Shown: positions 28,446 to 32,000 of the stretch, one piece after another | How positions within the stretch are numbered: the first letter of the stretch is position 1 | Layout: every line of letters starts with the position of its first letter | Assembly: GCF_000017305.1 (NCBI RefSeq) | Contig: NC_009664.2 | Coordinates: 2,280,001-2,312,000, forward strand | DNA: 32,000 nucleotides | Direction: 5' to 3' | DNA from: Kineococcus radiotolerans SRS30216 = ATCC BAA-149 | GTDB taxonomy: Bacteria; Actinomycetota; Actinomycetes; Actinomycetales; Kineococcaceae | The notes under the pieces: model-generated | Database searches by the model: none | The model's input: only the letters and a program-made list of their open reading frames with translations | What the model was told of the DNA's origin: nothing | Made by a program: the position numbers and the translations under genes

Positions 28446-31174
28446 TCGTCACCTCCGGGATCAGGCTCACTGGTCGGAGCCTCAGGCGACGGTACGCCAT
28501 CCCCGGCCCCCGACACAGGGTCGATGCCCCGTTCCTCCACAGGTGCTCCACCGATGGGGGCCTCGTCGGCGCCCTCGGCGGCCGCCAGGTCGTCCCCGCT
28601 GCCGGCGACGTCGGCGATCGGGTCGTCGACCCCGCTCGTGGTGGCCTCGGAGACCTCCTCGGCCTCGACCTCCACGTCGATGACGCGTTCGACGTTGCGG
28701 GTGATGGCGAGGATGCGGTCGCCGGTCTCGGGCCGGGCGAAGGTGACGCCCATGGTGTCGCGCCCCTTGTCCGGCACCTCGTCCACCCGCGAGCGCACGA
28801 CCCGCCCGGCCTGCATGACGACGAGCACCTCGTCGTCCTCGGAGACGGTGAGCGCGCCGACGAGGTCCCCGCGCTCCTCGGTCAGCTTGGCGACCTTGAT
28901 GCCCAGGCCCCCGCGGCCCTGCTTGCGGTAGTGCTCGATCTTGGTGCGCTTGGCGTAGCCGAGCTCGGTGACCACGAAGACGAACAGGTCGTCGCGGGCC
29001 ACCGCCATCGCCAGGAGCTCGTCCTCGCCGCGGAACTTCATCCCGGTGACCCCGGAGGTGGCCCGGCCCATCGGGCGCAGGTTCTCGTCGGTCGCCTCGA
29101 AGCGGACGCTCATCCCCTTGCGCGAGACGAGGAAGAGGTCCTCGTCCTCGCTGACCAGGGTCGCCGCGAACAGCTCGTCGTCGACCTCCTCGGTCCCGTC
29201 CGCCCCCGGGTGGGAGCGCAGGTTGATGGCGATGAGGCCGCCGGAGCGGTTGGAGTCGTACTCGGAGAGCCGGGTCTTCTTGACGATGCCGCCGCGGGTG
29301 GCGAGCACCAGGTACGGCGCCTGCTCGTAGTCCTCGATGTCGAGGACGGCGACGATCCGCTCCCCCGGCTGGAAGGCCAGCAGGTTCGCGACGTGCTGAC
29401 CGCGCCCGTCCCGGCCGCCCTCGGGCAGCTCGTAGCCCTTGGCCCGGTACACCCGCCCGAGGTTGGTGAAGAACAGCAGCCAGTGGTGGGTCGTCGTGGT
29501 GAAGAAGTGCTCCACGACGTCGTCCTCGCGCAGGCTCGCGCCCCGGACCCCGCGCCCGCCGCGCCGCTGGGCGCGGTACAGGTCGGTCTTGGTGCGCTTG
29601 GCGTACCCGCCGCGGGTGACGGTGACGACGACGTCCTCGACGGGGATGAGGTCCTCGACGGTCATGTCGCCCTCGAAGGGCAGGATCTGCGTCTTGCGCT
29701 CGTCGCCGTAGCGCTCGACGAGCTCGGCGAGCTCGTCCCCGACGATCTGCCGCTGCCGCTCGGGACGGGCGAGGATGTCGTTGAAGTCCCCGATCATCCG
29801 CATGAGCTCGTCGTACTCGTCGGTGATGCGCTGGCGCTCCAGGGCCGCGAGGCGGCGCAGCTGCATCTCCAGGATGGCGCGGGACTGGATCTCGTCGATC
29901 TCCAGCAGCCCCATCAGGCCGTCGCGCGCGGACTCGACCGTCGGGCTGGCGCGGATGAGCGCGATGACCTCGTCGAGGGCGTCGAGGGCCTTGAGCAGCG
30001 CCCGCAGGATGTGCGCGCGCTCCTCGGCCTTGCGCAGCCGGAACCGGGTCCGGCGGACGATGACGTCGAGCTGGTGGGCGATCCAGTGCTTGAGGAAGGC
30101 GTGGATCGGCAGCGTGCGCGGCACCCCGTCGACCAGGGCGAGCATGTTCGCGCCGAAGTTCGTCTGCAGCTGGGTGTGCTTGTAGAGGTTGTTCAGCACG
30201 ACCTTCGCCACGGCGTCGCGGCGCAGGATGATGACGAGGCGCTGGCCGGTCTTGCCGGAGGTGTGGTCCTGCACGTCGGCGATGCCGGTGAGGCGGCCGT
30301 CGCGGACGAGGTTGGCGATGTTCTCCGCCAGGTTGTCCGGGTTGACCTGGTACGGCAGCTCGCTGACGACGAGGCAGGTCCGGCCCTGGATCTCCTCGAC
30401 CTCCACGACGGCCCGCATGGTGATGGAGCCGCGGCCGGTGCGGTAGGCGTCGCTGATGCCGCGGTGGCCCAGGATCAGGGCCCCGGTCGGGAAGTCGGGT
30501 CCCTTGATGCGGGTCAGCAGCGCGGCGAGCTGCTCCTCGTCGGAGGCGTCGGGGTTGTCCAGCAACCACTTCGCGCCCTCGGCGACCTCGCGCAGGTTGT
30601 GCGGGGGGATGTTCGTCGCCATGCCCACGGCGATGCCGGCGGACCCGTTGACCAGCAGGTTCGGGAAGCGGCTGGGCAGGACGTCGGGCTCGTCGGTGTG
30701 CCCGTCGTAGTTGGGCGAGAAGTCGACGGTCTCCTCGTCGATGTCGCGGACCATCTCCATGGCCAGCGGCGCCATGCGGCACTCGGTGTAGCGGGGCGCG
30801 GCGGCCGGGTCGTTGCCCGGGGAGCCGAAGTTGCCCTGCCCGTCGACGAGCGGGTAGCGCAGCGACCAGTCCTGGGCGAGGCGGACCAGGGCGTCGTAGA
30901 TCGAGGTGTCGCCGTGCGGGTGGTAGTGACCCATGACGTCGCCGACGACGCGGGCGCACTTGGAGTACCCGCGGTCGGGGCGGTACCCGCCGTCGTACAT
31001 CGCGTACAGCACCCGGCGGTGGACGGGCTTGAGACCGTCGCGCACGTCGGGCAGGGCCCGGGAGACGATCACGCTCATCGCGTAGTCGAGGTAGGACCGC
31101 TGCATCTCGGCCTGCAGGTCCACCTGCTCGACGCGGTCGCCGGGGTGGGGGGGTTCGGTGGTGCTCTCGCTCAC
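28442..31174 (-). CDS. gyrA: DNA gyrase subunit A
   Basis: The 910-aa protein has [38 protein letters not shown] (the QRDR region), the active-site-Tyr neighbourhood RYTECRM, beta-pinwheel repeats and an ~80-aa acidic C-terminal tail. Confidence 0.97.
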   Translation of the reverse strand: MSESTTEPPHPGDRVEQVDLQAEMQRSYLDYAMSVIVSRALPDVRDGLKPVHRRVLYAMYDGGYRPDRGYSKCARVVGDVMGHYHPHGDTSIYDALVRLAQDWSLRYPLVDGQGNFGSPGNDPAAAPRYTECRMAPLAMEMVRDIDEETVDFSPNYDGHTDEPDVLPSRFPNLLVNGSAGIAVGMATNIPPHNLREVAEGAKWLLDNPDASDEEQLAALLTRIKGPDFPTGALILGHRGISDAYRTGRGSITMRAVVEVEEIQGRTCLVVSELPYQVNPDNLAENIANLVRDGRLTGIADVQDHTSGKTGQRLVIILRRDAVAKVVLNNLYKHTQLQTNFGANMLALVDGVPRTLPIHAFLKHWIAHQLDVIVRRTRFRLRKAEERAHILRALLKALDALDEVIALIRASPTVESARDGLMGLLEIDEIQSRAILEMQLRRLAALERQRITDEYDELMRMIGDFNDILARPERQRQIVGDELAELVERYGDERKTQILPFEGDMTVEDLIPVEDVVVTVTRGGYAKRTKTDLYRAQRRGGRGVRGASLREDDVVEHFFTTTTHHWLLFFTNLGRVYRAKGYELPEGGRDGRGQHVANLLAFQPGERIVAVLDIEDYEQAPYLVLATRGGIVKKTRLSEYDSNRSGGLIAINLRSHPGADGTEEVDDELFAATLVSEDEDLFLVSRKGMSVRFEATDENLRPMGRATSGVTGMKFRGEDELLAMAVARDDLFVFVVTELGYAKRTKIEHYRKQGRGGLGIKVAKLTEERGDLVGALTVSEDDEVLVVMQAGRVVRSRVDEVPDKGRDTMGVTFARPETGDRILAITRNVERVIDVEVEAEEVSEATTSGVDDPIADVAGSGDDLAAAEGADEAPIGGAPVEERGIDPVSGAGDGVPSPEAPTSEPDPGGDE

Positions 31175-31215
31175 GCTGGGGTTCGCCTCTCAGATCACGG
31201 TCGTCGTGTCGTCTC

Positions 31216-31229
31216 GTTCCACGTGGAAC
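31216..31229. other. parS-like 14-bp perfect palindrome GTTCCACGTGGAAC
   Basis: Read directly in the 64-bp gyrB-gyrA spacer. The 16-mer CGTTCCACGTGGAACA matches the parS consensus TGTTTCACGTGAAACA at 13/16 positions, and the internal substitutions are symmetric. The TGTTCCAC half-site occurs in the B. subtilis spo0J parS. Confidence 0.4.
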
Positions 31230-31238
31230 ATCGACCTG

Positions 31239-32000
<762 letters not shown>

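Overview
High-GC (roughly 73-75% by eye) actinobacterial chromosome segment from the conserved origin-proximal block, read in reverse orientation. Right to left it carries gyrB (partial), gyrA, a DUF3566 protein and tRNA-Ile. A ~12.7 kb Wzy-type glycan cluster follows: 5 glycosyltransferases, a priming phosphoglycosyl transferase, a Wzy-like polymerase, a MurJ-family flippase, a BY-kinase and an LMW-PTP, plus an odd AAA+ ATPase and a VOC protein. Next come a DLW-39-like mini-ORF, tRNA-Ala, an Ala/Lys-rich membrane-anchored protein at the CwsA position, ppiA and a rhomboid protease. A non-coding gap packed with DnaA boxes lies here, then a GT-A-like hypothetical, crgA, DUF881, class E sortase, a small membrane ORF, DUF4190 and an LCP protein. 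The left end holds a LacI regulator with a divergent Gfo/Idh/MocA oxidoreductase and a perfect palindromic operator, YchJ, an eRF1-like (baeRF) protein, a DUF457 hydrolase, a membrane GGDEF cyclase and two overlapping nuclease-fold genes. I see no rRNA, CRISPR, transposase or integrase. The items most worth follow-up are the DnaA-box cluster in a promoter-less convergent gap, the parS-like perfect palindrome between gyrB and gyrA, the eRF1-like protein with GGQ replaced by GGW, the degenerate AAA+ ATPase translationally coupled to the Wzb-like phosphatase, and the glycan cluster wedged between tRNA-Ile and tRNA-Ala. All family assignments come from motif recognition by eye; no database search was run. 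Many long ORFs in the track are GC-driven artefacts.
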